In this document: piece by piece, positions 1 to 14,127 of the stretch
Layout of the letters: each line of letters starts with the position of its first letter
Numbering within the stretch: the first letter of the stretch is position 1
Assembly: GCA_043228905.1 (NCBI GenBank)
Contig: JBHGNT010000020.1
Span: forward strand, 7,812,001-7,876,000
DNA: 64,000 nt
Reading direction: 5' to 3'
From: Azolla caroliniana
Lineage: Eukaryota; Plantae; Polypodiophyta
The notes under the pieces: generated by a model
Seen by the model: the letters and a program-made list of their open reading frames with translations, nothing else
Databases searched by the model: none
What the model was told of the DNA's origin: nothing
Position numbers and translations under genes: made by a program

Positions 1-2705
1 CTTCGTCCAAGGGTACTGAGGGTGATCTGTTTATCACATATGTCGTCGTTGACAGTGCCTCAACCCAAAACTTCTTGGCTAGTTTTGCATGCGCCAGCAT
101 ACTCCGGACCCTCTCCATTATGGTCCGGTTCATCCTCTCAACCAGCCCGTTTAGTTCCGGCGTCTTCGGCACGGTAAATTCGAGCCGGATTCCCTTCGAG
201 CGACAGTACTCCTCGAACTGCCCCCGGTATTCACCTCCGTTATCTGCTCGAACTTCAGCTTCCGGCCTGTTTCTCTTTCCACTCTCGTGTGGAGCTCTTT
301 GAAGACGGATAATACCTGATCCTTCGTCTTCAACGGTGTGGCCCATAGCTTCCGGCTGTGGTCATCTATGAACGTCACGAAGTACTGTGATCCTGCATGT
401 GACTTCGTGTCCACTTGACACACATAAGTATGCACCAACTCCAGTGGTGCATTACGTCTCATCGGTGGCCTTGGCCGGAAGGAGGTCCGGTTTTGCTTAC
501 CGGCCAGACAATCAGTGCACTTCTCCAAGTCCACGTTCTTCCCTGGAATGAGGTTGTCGTCTGCAAGCCTCTTCATCCCCTTCTCGCTCATGTGACATAG
601 CCTTTTGTGCCACAGCTCACCGGCAGTGTCGGATGCCATGTTCACTTCCTCCGAACATAACCAGGCATTCATCAGGTACAGTGTGTTTACCTTCCAAGCC
701 TGAGCCACAATCAGGCTCCCTTTGCTGAACTTCATAACACTGTTCCGGATGCTACCCGTGTAGCCTTCATCATCTAGCCGACCGGCAGATATCAAGTTCA
801 GACGAACCTCCGAAACGTGTCAGACATCCTTCAACAACAGCTTGCATCCGGTTGGTGTTGTCAGCCACACGTCTCCTATGCCGACAATTCGGCATGTACC
901 TTCATTCCCCATCCGGACACAGCCGTGATCACCGGCTGAGTAGGATGAGAAGCATTTCCGGTCCAGGGTAAGGTGGAACGACGCTCCGGAGTCGACAACC
1001 CAGGTCATCTCGTCGCCGGCAAGGTTTAGCTCACTCTCCTCGATGATGAGCATCAACTCTTCTTCACTTGCCACGATTGCCGTCGTTCCCTTCCGGTCCG
1101 GCCCCCTCCGGTCTTTACCGGTCCGGTCCGGTGTCCGCTTCGAATCGGTACCGTCGGTTTCCTTGTCTTTTCGGAAATGCCGACAGTTCTTTTGGAAGTG
1201 TCTCCGCTTGCCGCAATAGAAGCAAGTAGGCCTCCCCCTTGACTTTGACTGTGTCCCCGACTTCTCCCGGTTCTGGGGACTATGGTTCCTTTGTCTTCCG
1301 CGTTCCGATTCGGTTAGGAGCGCTTTGGTGTCAGAGCTCATATCCTTATCTTTCCGACGCGCCTCCTCATCTAGCAAGCTCGACTTCACTCTTGCTAGGG
1401 ATAACCGTTTCCCTTCTGGCCCGACGTTGCCCAAAGTGACAACCAACATCTCCCAGCTATCCGGGAGGGAACTGAGCAGGAGTAGCGCTAGTACCTCGTC
1501 GGCGAGAAGTACTTCCAATGATGTTGCCTGGTGTATCAGCCCCTAGAAGGCATTCATGTGCTCTGCCATGCTGGAGCCATCTTCGTATCGGAGTCTTACT
1601 AGCTTCCGGAATACCAAAACCTGTTTAACAACATTTTTGTTTTGAAACATAATGTCGATCTTCTCCCAGAGCTCATGAGCCTTGCTCTCTTCATTGAAGT
1701 TGTTGTATAGGCTCGTGTCGATGAAACACCGTATGTAGGTCGTTGTCTTCATGTGCATCACCTCCCATATCGTGGCGTCGATTTAGTCCGGTCTCTTGTC
1801 CCCGAACTGAACTGGCAACCAAAGATCTTTAACCACGAGCATGTCCCTCATCTTCGACTTCCACACAGAATAGTCGGAGCCGGTGAGCTTGAACATGCCT
1901 CCCAACGATTCGTCCATTTTCTGTGTCATTTTGCTCTAATACCACTTTGACAGGAACTACACGCTCCCTATGCGCAACGCTCGGCCACAACCGAGCTTAG
2001 AATCAAACACAGAAAAAAACGGGGAATGAATACACGACACAAAGGAGAGAAGAGTACACAGGATGTTTACATAGAAAACCCAAACTAGGGAAAAACTACG
2101 GCAACCCACAGATTGCGAGCTATCACTATATCACAATGATTACAACAGTGAGCTCACGGAGGCAACGACCTCGTGCTCACGATCTTCGCCACATGCGGTG
2201 GTTACAACAGAGGCAACGACCTCTTCGTTTCTTTCTCTCTCTCTCTCTCTCTCTCTGTATACTGTTGCGCTCTAATCTTACGCCAACAAGAATGACAACT
2301 CTCTTTTTACTAAAGTTTGCCCTAAGTCATATTTATACTAATATGACTTTACGGCTATTTACAAATATAGCCCCGATGGACTCTCAGAAACATATTTACG
2401 AATATGTCCCTTCATCCGGTGAGCACTCTTCATCGGGCCTGCATCATCCGGCGCTTGTCGGGTACTCGTCATCCGGTTCTCACCGGGTCATCCATAGCCG
2501 GGTACTCCTCATCCGATTCTCACCGGGTCATCCGTAGCCGGGTACTCCTCATCCGATTCTCACCAGGTCTTCATCATCCGGTTCTCACCGGTTCATCCGT
2601 AGTCAGGTACTCCTCATCCGGTTCTCACCGGGTCTTCATCATCCGGTTCTCACTGGGTCATCCGTAGCCGGGTACTCCTGATCCGGAGGGACCTATTTCC
2701 TAACA
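1..2705 (-). mobile_element. Ty1/copia LTR retrotransposon (Tnt1/Tork-like family A), 5' half; runs off the window start; inserted in the RNase H region of a related copia
   Basis: 5' LTR 1948-2705 (TG...CA); PBS tggtattagagc (Met-i type) at about 1933-1944; gag from ATG 1917, zinc knuckle CFYCGK, protease WVVDSGAS, GAG-pre-integrase LWHKRLCH, integrase FIDDHSRK; several stops. Confidence 0.93.
1948..2705 (-). repeat. 5' LTR of copia family A with CCGG-rich tandem repeats in U3
   Basis: tgacagg...cctaaca; homologous to solo LTRs at 25709 and 38734; repeated tagccgggtactcctcatccg units at about 2455-2690. Confidence 0.9.
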
Positions 2706-5700
2706 ACTTTGGCTATTGTATTAGAACCGGTATTCCTCCCGTCAAATCCCTAGCTCCCCGATGAATTCCTTCATCCAAATTACTTCCTTGTCGGCTTCCA
2801 CGGTTGCCATGTACTCCGCTTCTGTTGTTGACAATGCAACGGACTTCTACAGCCTCAACTGCCACGATACGGCTTCCCCTACATATGTCATGACGTATCC
2901 GGATGTGGACTGGCGGGTATTCGCATGAGTCGACATATCTGAATCCGTAAAGCCTTCCAGTTGGGGTTTACCTAAGCCGAATCAGAGGCACATAATCGAG
3001 GTGCCTTTCAAGTACTGTAGTATCCACTTGACAATGGTCTAGTGTTCTCTTCCCGGATTGCTCATGAATCGGTTGACCACTCCGACAGCAAATCCCATAT
3101 CCGGTCGGGTATACACCATTGCGTACATCAAGCTTCCGACGGCAGAGGAATATGATACCTTCATCATCTCCTAGTTCTCCGTCTTTGTCTCTGGACTTTG
3201 CTTCCCGGATAGCTTGCAGTTTGCCGGAAGTGTCGACCCGACCGGTTTCGCATCCGTCATGTTGACCCTTTGGAGCACCTTTGTCACATACTTCTCCTCT
3301 GACAGCCATAGCAATTTCTTCGACCGGTCCCAAATTATGTGCATCCCTAGTATCTATCTCATTGGACCCAGATCTTTCATTGAGAAGGTCCAGTTCAAAG
3401 CCTTCTTCAAATTCCCGATTTTCGTTCAGTACGGTCCGACGATCAACATGTCATCCACATACAGTAGCAGTATCAGGAAGTCGCCTCCATCAAATTTCTT
3501 CACGAACACACAGTGGTCGGCTTGCGTCTTGTGGTACCCTTGGTCGGTCATGAAGGATTCAAACTTCCGGTACCATTGACGGGGAGCTTGCTTCAATCCG
3601 TATAAGCGCTTCTTCAACCGGCATACCAGGTGCTCATTCCCCTTCTTCACGAAACCCTCCGGTTGTTGCATGTAGATCTCCTCCTCGAGGTCCTCGTGGA
3701 GGAATTTTGTCTTAACATCGAGTTGTTCAACCTAGAGGTCCATGCTTGCCGTTATGCTCAACACCGTCCGAATGGATGTCATCTTTAGATTCGGGGTAAA
3801 GATCTCATCGAAGTCCACTCCTTTCTTCTATTGGAAACATAGTATGAACCATACGTACCATACGTGCATTCGCATTCGTGTAAGAAAAACACCCTCAAAG
3901 AATGATAAATACCATACTTTTGGATTATCTTTTTATTATGAGGTAAATAAGCCTAAGAAATGGAAAAAAACAAAAACAAAACACAAGAATGTTTGAATAA
4001 CATTCGCATTCGTTTTCCAACGTAGGAAAATGCATGTTATGCTAGACGAACACGAATTTTACATACTATGGCAAGAAACCCTTCACCACAATCTGGGCCT
4101 TGTACCTAGGTGGATTTCCGGCATCTCCCGATTTCAGCTTGTACACCCACTTGTTCAGGAGTGCCCTCTTTCCTTTCGGCAACTCCGTCAGTTCGTATGT
4201 GTGATTCTCATGCACGGAATCTATTTCATCCTGCTTGACACTCAACCACTTGCGGCTATGGGTGTCTTTCTTTACTTCTTTGAAGCTTTCCGGATCCCCC
4301 TCATCGGTCACCAATACGTGCTCGGCATCCAGAAATCTCCCGGGGGCTCTTTTCTCTCTTAGAGGGTATCTCCGTCCTTGATCTTCAACTACCAGTTCCT
4401 CCATTTGTTCTTCATCCGAATCCGATTCAAGATCTTGTTCAATTTCAGTGTCTTCTTCTTCTTCTTCTTCTTCGGTCGGTTCGGTTTCTTGTCTGAATCC
4501 GGCCGGTTCGTCTAGTGCCATCCAGTTACCGGTTTCCAACCGGGTAAGTCCTTGTGTCCTTCAATCGATCTTTGCATGTCGACCCGGAACTCATTATCTT
4601 CTTCTCCGACTCCTAGTTGGCAATGATGGTCTTATCTTCAATGAAGACTATGTCTCGACTCTGAAAGACCTTCTTGTCGACCAAGTCCCATACTCGGTAG
4701 CCGAACTCATCATCGCCATATCCAAGGAATATGCATGGCCTGGACTTCGGATCCAACTTTGCTCTCTTGTCCTTTGCAACAAGCACATATGTGAGACAAC
4801 CTAATATCTTCATATGCCGGTAAGACACGTCTTTACCGGTCCATACTCTTTGTGATGTGTCTCCTTCCAGGGGTGTTGAGCGTGATCTCTTAATCACATA
4901 CATTGTTGTCATTAGCGCCTCAGCCAGGAACATCTTGGACAACTTTGCATTTGCTAGCATGCTTCAGACTCTCGCCATTATGGTCTAGTTCATCCTTTTA
5001 GCCAACTCGTTCGGTTCCGGCGTCTTCAGCATAGTGAATTCGAGTCGGATTCCCTTCGAGCGGTAGTACTGCTCGAACTACCCCCGGTAGTATTTGCCTT
5101 CGTTATCTGCTCAAACCGCCTTTAGCTTCCGGTCGGTTTCCATTTCCACTCTCGCATGGATGTCCTTGAAGACAAACAACACCTGATCCTTCGTCTTGAA
5201 CGGTGAGACCCACAGCTTACAGTTGTGGTCGTCTATGAACGTTCCGAAGTACTACGATCCGGCATGTGACTACTTGTCCACTTGACACACATCATTATGC
5301 ACCAGCTCCAGTTGTGCATTCTGTCTCATCGGTGATCTTGTCTAGAAAGAGGTTCGGTTTTCCTTGTTGGCCAAGCTGTTGGTGCACTTCTCAAGTTGCA
5401 CGTCTTTTACCTCCGGAATGAGCTTATCTTCAGCAACTCTTCTCATCCCCTTCTGGCTCATATGACATAGTCTCTTGTGCCACAAGTCACCGACAATGTC
5501 GGATGCTGCATTGACTTCTTCCTAGCATATCCGAGCGTGCATCAGGTACAACATGTTGATCTTCCGGGCTCCAACCACGATCAGGCTTCCCTTGGTGAAC
5601 TTCATGACTCTGTTCCGGATGTTACCCGTGTAGCCTTCATCATCTAATCGACCGGATGATATCATGTTCAACCGAACCTCCAAAACATGTCGGACATCCT

Positions 5701-6438
5701 TCAGCAACAGCTTGCACCCAGTGGATGTCGTCAACCACACATGTCCTATGCCGACAATTCGGCATGCACCTTCATTCCCCATCCGACAGAACCGTGATCT
5801 TCGGCTCTGTAGGATGAGAAGCACTTCTGGTCAAGGGTCAGATGGAACGACACTCCGGAATCGACCACCCATGTCGTTTCGTCGCGGACAAGATGCAGCT
5901 CACTCTCCTTAGTGATTAGTAGCAGTTCCTCTTCACTTGTCACGACCGCCAATGTTCCTTTTCTCTCCAAAATCTTCTTCGGTTCTAGACCGTCGGCTCC
6001 CCCTTCGGCTTTAGGGAAGTGTCAGCAATTCTTTTGGAAGTGCCCCGACTTTCCGCAATAGAAGCAATTGGGCCTCCCCCTTGACTTCGATCTCATCCCC
6101 GATTTGTCCCGGTTATGGGGACTCCGATTTTGGCCTCTTCCCCGGTTATGGTCAGCTTCCGTAACCAAGGTCTTCGGGTCGGTTCCAGATTCCCGGTGCT
6201 TTCGGCGAGCTTCTTCATCTAGCAAGCTTGATTTTATTTACCCTTGCTTGGGACAACGGCTTTCCTTTCGGCCCGGCGTTGCCCAAAGTGACAACTACCG
6301 TCTCTCAACTATCCATGAGGGAACTGAGCAAGACCAATGCAAGTACCTCGTCGTCCAAAGGTACTTCAAGCGAAGTTTTTTTATTTATCAGCCCCTAGAA
6401 TGCATTCATGTGCTCCGCCATGCTGGATCCGTCCTGGT
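2706..6438 (-). mobile_element. Ty1/copia (family A) internal region, gag-PR-IN-RT-RNase H, pseudogenised and interrupted at both ends
   Basis: RT motifs LYGLKQAPRQWY and LLLYVDDMLI, integrase CIFLGYGDDEFGYRVWD, TWVVDSG, CFYCGKSGH; collinear with the element at 39590-44941. Confidence 0.92.
3838..4070. mobile_element. Non-autonomous DNA transposon (MITE), hAT-like, 233 bp
   Basis: Perfect 9-bp TIR CATAGTATG...CATACTATG; degenerate 8-bp TSD attggaaa (3830-3837) / gcaagaaa (4071-4078) versus the empty site gctggaaa in the paralogous copia at about 41564; AT-rich interior. Confidence 0.8.
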
Positions 6439-9400
6439 TGTTGATGGGTGGGGGGTGAAACCTAGAATGGCTTCACCCCCCTCCCAAGGGAGGTAAGTTA
6501 GAGAGAGAGCAAGACAGAAAGACAAATAGGAAATGACACCAAATGAGAGGCAAAATTTTGTATATCCATTACATGCCCCATAAGGGGTTTATATAATACA
6601 CAATGTAACGGTAAATAATGACCGTTACAAAAGAGACGACCGTTACCCTCTTGTCACATGCACATAATTGTGCATGTCCTCACACATACTCATCCTCACA
6701 CACTCGTATACATATTACATATTACACACCATACCATACACATTACACCCTATTCATCCCGTACACCTATGCGGATAACACCTGGCACGCCTATGGGACA
6801 GTGTATTGCACGTCGGACCCACAAGCCCATGCCGAAAAAACTCTTCTTCACCAGAACTCCATCGGTCTTCTCTCACGGTCGGAAAATCCTCGACCGGATT
6901 ACTGCTCGACGATCGATGACTTCGATCGGGGATGGCTTGACACGAACCTTCTCATTCGATCAGCATAATCGCACGATTGGATCGCACACCAATCGTCTTA
7001 TCCACTATGGTATTGTCATTTAGGTTTATCAATGATTGTGGGTATGTGTTGTGTGTGTGGGTCTTCATTAATGTGAGTGGTGATGAGTTTTTGTACCCTT
7101 GCGTTTTCAAATTTTGATGGCGTACCCCTCAATTTTATTTTCTTTCTAAAATTATATTAAGTACCCTCCGGTTTCTAAAATTGTGATAATGCCCTTATCT
7201 TTTTGAAATTCTCTTCTCTGCCCCTTTCTCTTTTCTCTTTCTTCGATTTTCTCTTTTCTCAGAGCTCGCCGAAGCCATGGCGGAAGCAGTCGATCGGATA
7301 GTCAGTGCTCGCGAGGGCACAAGCGCCCTCGACAGGGCCATCGAAGCAATCATCGGCACAATAGGCCGGTTCGATGGGAAGGACGCCACGAGTTATTTGG
7401 TGGCCTACCGAGACGAGATGGTGATGAGGGACATCCCGGAAGAAAGGCGTTTGGTTGGGTTCCCTTGGGTAGCGACACCGGGCATCCACGTAGAGGTGCT
7501 CGAGGTGCAGGCTAGATGCCGGACCTGGGGAGAATTTGAATCGCAGCTCCTCGAGCAGTACAGGTTTGATGACACGCTTCGGTTATCGAAGGGGGACTTT
7601 ATGTATTGGGTAGAGACCCCAGGAAAGGGGAGGAATGCGTTGGTGTTCCTATGAGAGTTTGAGGAACACTTCGCACGACTTTTGGTTCTGGACAGGACTG
7701 TACTGGACACAAGCTGTGTCCTTTTATTCATCAAAGTTGTGGACGTGAGGGATCGGGAGCAAGTGGGTCTCCTGCTAGAGACCGATGATGGGTTGACGGC
7801 TGACTGGGCCATGGTAAAAGGGGTCTGCGGCCGTTTCGACAAAACGACGTGAGTGGGTCGACAAGCACTCGTTGGGGGCAGGAGGGGTTGTGGCAAGAAA
7901 CCTCGAGGGACCACCACTGGCGTGCAGGGATGAAACCCGGGGTTGGCTTGAGACAGGCTCGTCCGGCGTGGTCAAGGGGCCATCCGGCAGAGCGGCTCTG
8001 GAGGAACTAACGCAGATGGTACGTGACCTCTAGATTGCACAAGCGAGGAGGGACGGCGGCGAGCAGCCTCGCGACTAAAGGCCTCCGGGTGGGCATCGGT
8101 GCTGTGTGGTGTGACGCGGTCGGTCACGTCCGGAAGGACTACGTGGACTTTACAGAAGCAATAAGGGCTAATGTGGTATACCTATGGAACAGGAGGGTGC
8201 ACGCTAGTGAGACCCGGAGAGCCCTAGAGTTGAATATCGGACGGGGAGGAATGAAGAGACTGATGGAAGAAGCGGCGGCGCGCCACGCGGAGACCATCCA
8301 GTATTCGGCGTCGGCAGGAATCCGGGTTGGGAGGGACGAAGGCCGGAAGACAAAAGACTCTGGGTTCTGACCGGTGGTACTAGAAGGCCTCATTGGCGTG
8401 CGGTTGAGAAGGGAAGAGGCGGACCGTGCGGAAAGACAGGTTCGGGAGATCACTAGGTGGAGTGATCCAGTCGAAGAAAAAACCGGCTTTGTGGAAGCCG
8501 CGTGCTAGAACAATGAAGTTCTAGTAGAAGACAAGCATACAGGGAAATCCGGAGAGGCCGGACCATCGCAATGGTACGAGACCCGATCCGGGCCGAAGAA
8601 GAATGATGTCCGCGCTGCCGGCACGCCGGATAAAGCAAAGAAAGTCGGTTACCGGTTGAGCACCGAGATAGAAAGAACGACAGACCTGCAGAAGGTCCTT
8701 GAGGAACCAATCCTCGACAACAAGGTGGAGTTGTCGTTGCGGGAAGTGCTTGGGATTGCCAAGAAAGAATTCCATGACTCCATCGTGGACTTGGTGAAGC
8801 GGAAAAGGCTTTTGACGGAGACGGAGACGGAGAGGCCAGGGGACGTGCGAACAACGCACCTAGAAGACATGGCCCTGGAAGACGAGTTGGTGGAAAGCCA
8901 CTATTCAAAGCTCCACTGGGCAAGACCCACTACGGAGACCCCGGTTAGGATTGGGGACGTCCAAGAGTCGATGGTGGCATTAGTAGACCACGGTTCGGAG
9001 ATCAACCTGAAAGGCAAGTGGCTGATCAACACCAAGCACAGGTGGAAAATACGAGCGGCGACGCGCGCCACGGAGGAGCTGCATGGGGCCTGCCCGAATG
9101 TGCGGGTGAAAATCGGTGATGTCGAGATCGACCAACACTTCTTCGTGTAGAAGACATCCTCGCATCCAGTGGTACTCGGAGAACCGTACATTATGGCAGC
9201 ACGTATGGAGACGAAAGTGTTGGATAAGGGTTCGACGTACGCACACGTGAAGAGCCAAGATGGACAACGCTCCGTCGAACTTCTAAGCGTGCGACCGAAC
9301 CATGAGCGCAACCCCGAGACCCTCGACGTCGAAAGCTGAGGGGAGTTTTAGAGAGGGCTATCGAGGCGTGGGGCCGCAGTGGTCCGGGCACCTCGAAGGA

Positions 9401-12281
9401 CCCCCACACATGTACCATAGGTAGGAAGTTTTGGTTCTATGATAACGGAGGTTGTACGGTAGCCGGCATCATTGGCCGGGAGAAGAAACGGGCAGAGGAA
9501 CGACTCAGGAAGTGCAGAGTCCTCGCCCCCGATGAGGAAATTAGTGGCGTTGTCGAGGCAGTCTCTTTTGATGACACCCTCAGGGAAATCGGGAAGGTAA
9601 TCGAAGAAGGCCTCAACAAAGACCGGATGATTCTGGCTAGCTCGGTAGGAATGTACGAAGTCATTGCCGACTTCGGGGAAAGGGTCAGGTCAGATCGGAC
9701 GGCCTACGTGGATACGAAGTACAAGATTGTGGACCGGAAGGTGAGGCCAGTCGTGGCACCCTTGCTGGAGGGCAGCGGGTTACGGATGAAAGGGGTCACG
9801 TCGAACCCAAGTCTATGGGATCCGGACGGCATAGGACACCAGTTCACCGACATAACGCTACAGGAGCTCAAGGTTGGTGGGGGTGGCTTTCTACTGCCAG
9901 CGGAGGAGGACCGGTTTTGGAGGATGCTCGGAAGGCACGGGAAGGCCTTCGCATTCTCACCGGAGGAGATCGGGTGCGTAGACCTGACGATCGTAGGACT
10001 GATGGTGATATTCACGGTGCCGCATGTGCCATGGAATCTCAAACCGATTCTGGTACCCAGAGCTCCCATCCCAAAGTTGATGGAGTTGCTAAAGCAGAAG
10101 GTGTAGATGCGCATCCTCGAACTGTCAAGTGCCCCGTACTCGAATCGGTGGTTCACCGTGCCTAAGAAGAATAGTACGTTGCGCTTTATTCAGGACGTCC
10201 TGTAGCCGGTCAACAAGGTGACCATTCAGAACGCGGGGATCGGGCCGACCATCGACGAGTTCACGGAGGCCTTCGCCAGAAGGTCAATTTACTCGGTCAG
10301 AGATCTGTACTCGTGGTATGACCAATTCCAACTAGCCATAGAGAGCAGGGATATTACAACGATACGGACTCCTCTTGGCCTACTGCGGATGTGTACTCTT
10401 CCGCAAGGAGGGACAAACTCGGTAGCACACATGATGAACTCGATAAATAAGGTGCTAAGAGACTGCATCCCGGACATCACCATGCCGTTTTTGGATGACA
10501 TTCCGATCAAGGGATGTCCGGTGGAGGATAAGGACGAAATAGTCGGACCGGACGGCTGTCGGAGATTCGTCTCGAACCACATCAGAGACTGCGAGAAGGT
10601 GCTACAGAAGCTAGAAGGGGTGTGGCTCACCTTCTCTGGGAGAAGTCGGGTTTCGAACAATCAAAAATCAAGGTGGTCGGTCACCTGTGCGGGCCTTACG
10701 GCCGGAAACCGTTTCGGTAGTCAAGGCCGACAAGGACTATCTAATCGGGACGGAAGTAATAATCAAGATGGACTGCCTACCGATTCTCGGTATGGTTTAC
10801 GGATGCACGACTCCGAACCTGGCAATGCTCAAGTGGATCGCGTACATCAAGTCTCTGAACCCGGAAATACGACACATCTCCGGTAAAGACAACACCATGG
10901 CCGATATGCTTTCAAGAGCACGGTTCGACGACGAAGACGACATGGTTTCAGAGAATGAAGAAGTTTGTGAGGACTTCTTCGAGTCGGCTCGCATAGCGAT
11001 GAGGGTTGGGAGTGCTCCTGTGCTTAACGAGTTCGACGAGAGCAAGTACGAAGGGGAGTGGCTCCAGATCGGTGGGTTCCTGAAGACGATGATGCCGGGA
11101 GCGGCGTGGACAAGGGAAGAGGCTAACCAGATCCAAAAGAAAGCGTATTGATTCTTCCTGTGAGATGGAAGCATATGGAAGCACCTGAAGAAGCGAGACG
11201 GAGTCCCACTCCGGGTGGTGGCAAGGAAGGAGGAGCAGGAAATCATTGCTAACGGCGTACCACGAGAGTCCTTGGGCCGGGCACTGGGGGACATGGGCCA
11301 CGTTCGAGAAGCTGAAGGAGAAGTACTAGTGGCCGGGACTATATCGGGACGTGCATCGGTTCGTAACAACTTGCGAAAGCTTTCAGATGCATTCCATAGT
11401 CTAACATCGGGACGAGTTGCACCCGACTTACCCGCCGACCGTCCACTTCAAGTGGATGGTGGATCTAGTGACGATGTCGATGGGGGTAGGGCAGATGCGG
11501 TACCTAGTGCTGGCATGAGAAGATCTGACGAACCAGGTGGAGGGTCAAGCATTACCAAACAAGATGATCGCGGCCGTATACCGGTTCCTAATCGAGGAGG
11601 TGGTGTGTAGGGAAGATCGTAGCAAACCGTGGGGAACTGGATGCACAGGAGGCCGAAGAGTTGTTTGAACAGTTAGGGGTTAAACTCTCACTCACCACGG
11701 CATACAATCCGGAGGCAAACGGGAAGGTGGAACGCAGACACGGGCCAATCGTAAAGGCGTTGGTACAGGCCTGCGGAGGCCAAGTCGGGAATTGGCCACG
11801 GCTCCTACCCTAAGCATTGTGGGCAGACCGAACTACGCACAGCTAGGTAACGGGGTTCATGCCGGCGGAGTTGATGTACAGGTAGAAGCCAATCATGCCG
11901 ATGGAGAGGATGATCTCCTCATGGGCCGTGGTGGGCTGGAGAGATGAGATGAGCCGGGAGGAGTTGTTAGTAGCACGAATCCGACAGTTCGAGCGAAGAC
12001 CGGAGGACGTGGAACAAGCGACGGCGAAGCTGCGTGTGGCAAGGACAAAGAACAAGGGAATATTCGACCAGACTCACCGACTACAACCGAGGAAAATCGA
12101 GGAAGGCGACTGGGTTCTAGTCTACGATAGCAGCCTCGACAACCAGCACAAGGCAATGTGCAAGTTTGCAAGGAGGTGGTTCGGGCCTTATACGGTGACA
12201 AGCGCCAACGACAACGGCACCTACCATCTTGCGGAGCTCAACGAGACACAGTTAACAGTACCGGTAGCTGGGAAGCGGATC
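6439..12281 (+). mobile_element. Ty3/gypsy LTR retrotransposon (probably non-chromovirus), 3'-truncated, degenerate
   Basis: LTR 6439-6780 (tgttga...ataaca); PBS tggcacgcctatgggac 6783-6799 (tRNA-Arg-like); gag from 7277, protease ALVDHGSEIN, RT PFLDDIPIKG, RNase H remnant ADMLSR, integrase with WFGPY; internal deletion near 10710; no 3' LTR. Confidence 0.88.
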
Positions 12282-14127
12282 ATGGAACGAGCGATGGCGA
12301 AGCTGGGTGCCTACAGTTAGTGATAATAGTCTGAAAGTGGGACATTGCATAGCAATAAACGATACATGGTTGTTCTCCTTCTTACATTATGGAGTCTTGT
12401 CATGTGGTCGAGGTCAATTTGCAACTTTTCAAATAGGTTTGAAGAAATGGGGTCAATTGAATATTTATGCAGCAAATAATGGAAGAGATAGAACGACATT
12501 TTGGAAGAGCATACTTTCACAGTTACCTATTGTGGATCATTGGGCGATTGCAGGCGACTTTAATATGTTGGAAGATGAGTGTGATAGGGTAGGAGGAAGG
12601 TCACATACAGTAGCTGGTTCAGAATTATATGAATGGGAACGACTGATTTTTTCTTTGGGATTAATGGATTTGTGGCATGTCTTCTTTGTAAGGCTGCGGA
12701 ATTCTTTAGCGTACTTCAGATCAAATAGAAGAGAGTTACATACCAATTTGTCTAGGTTGGATAGATTCTATGTTGATAAGTTTCTATGGGACAAAGGAGG
12801 CTCCATTGGAATTTTACCGCCATTTTCCCTTTCTAATCATGCACCACTTCGTTTAGTTATAGTCTTACAGCAGCAATATAAAACTTCTCAATATAGAATT
12901 CTGAATCATCTGTTGCTTAGACAAGATTGTGTTTCTGTTATGTACAATACTTGGAATAAGTACAACTATCTTATGACTATGCATTATCCAGTGTTCAAAA
13001 GGCTATTACTAAAATACAACAATTCTTTCATTGTAAGGCCAAACAAATATTTCACACGTCTTTCACTAAAATAGGAAGACTTCATAGGGGGTTGAGGTCC
13101 TTGCAGCATTTGCAAGAGAGAAGGCCCTATTCGACTTATATAAGTTCTAGAGTGATACAAGTATGGAATCAGATATAAGCTCTAGGTTATCTTAGGCTAC
13201 AATGGATAGTGGCCCAGCTCGTACAGTTGCAGATTGCGTAAATTTTCTGCAGACTTTAGTGCAAGAACAAAATAATAGGGTGTCTAATTTTAGAGGGGCA
13301 AATATTATGCTCTCTCAATTGTCAATGGTGTGTCAAGTAACACTGCCAACTTAGCAATTTGATCATTTTCAGAATTGGTATGACATGTTTTCGACATTTA
13401 ATATACTTATAGGAGCTCGGTTATATCATCAAAATGGCAACCTCTATTTTTATGAAGTTCTAGATAATGGTAGGTTGTTTTTAGTGGAGGAGTCTTCAAT
13501 TATGTCTTCAGCCAAGCAACTGCTAGTGCGAGTAATTGCTAGATTAGATAAAAATATATTTATAGATCCTAATCCATTAATTGCTAATTACTCATCTCAT
13601 ATGTGGGTTTTACACTCTAGGCCAATTGTTGAACTTCAGTGGGATCCATCGGATTATGGTTGGAAGTTGTCTAAGTCTGACTCTTCGCAAACAAAAGTTC
13701 TTCCATTCTTCACAGATTCTGTGGCGTTGGGTAGAAACTTTTTGTCGATACCTGCAGGGGAAAAATATTGAGAGGAAGGTAATGTGTCATCTTCGTATAT
13801 GTTGAAGTTCTCGAAACTGTTTTGGTCACTTAAATGTATGAACAAGGTATTGCATTTTCAATGGTTAATGATTCATTATGCATTGCTAGTAGGAGCTTTA
13901 CTAAGGGGAACAGTACCTGATCGATCATTTGGTATGTGTGGTTTTGCATCTAAGACATTGCATCATGTTCTTTGGGAATGTGTTGCGGCCAAATGTTTTC
14001 GGTCTCGTATTGTTAGGCTTCTAGGTCGTAAATATAGGTCGGCTATATTAACGTGGGGTACGGTCTTTTGGAGAACATTGGCTCAACAAATGGATTTTTA
14101 TCATCATCATAATTCATCGTTGACTTT
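12282..14127 (+). mobile_element. L1-like LINE remnant: EEP endonuclease, then C-terminal zinc-finger region; RT largely absent
   Basis: NIYA, AGDFN, SRLDRFY, SNHAP motifs (12307-13074); CGF...HHVLWEC (13784-14127); left boundary approximate. Confidence 0.8.

Noticed and set aside
2706-2710. acttt flank identical to the TSD at 14123/19571
   Set aside because: Different copia families and a 5-bp AT-rich word; coincidence is likely, and the other flank of the first element is outside the window
7195-11369. Numerous minus-strand ORFs over the gypsy element
   Set aside because: Antisense shadows of GC-rich gag-pol with no recognisable domains
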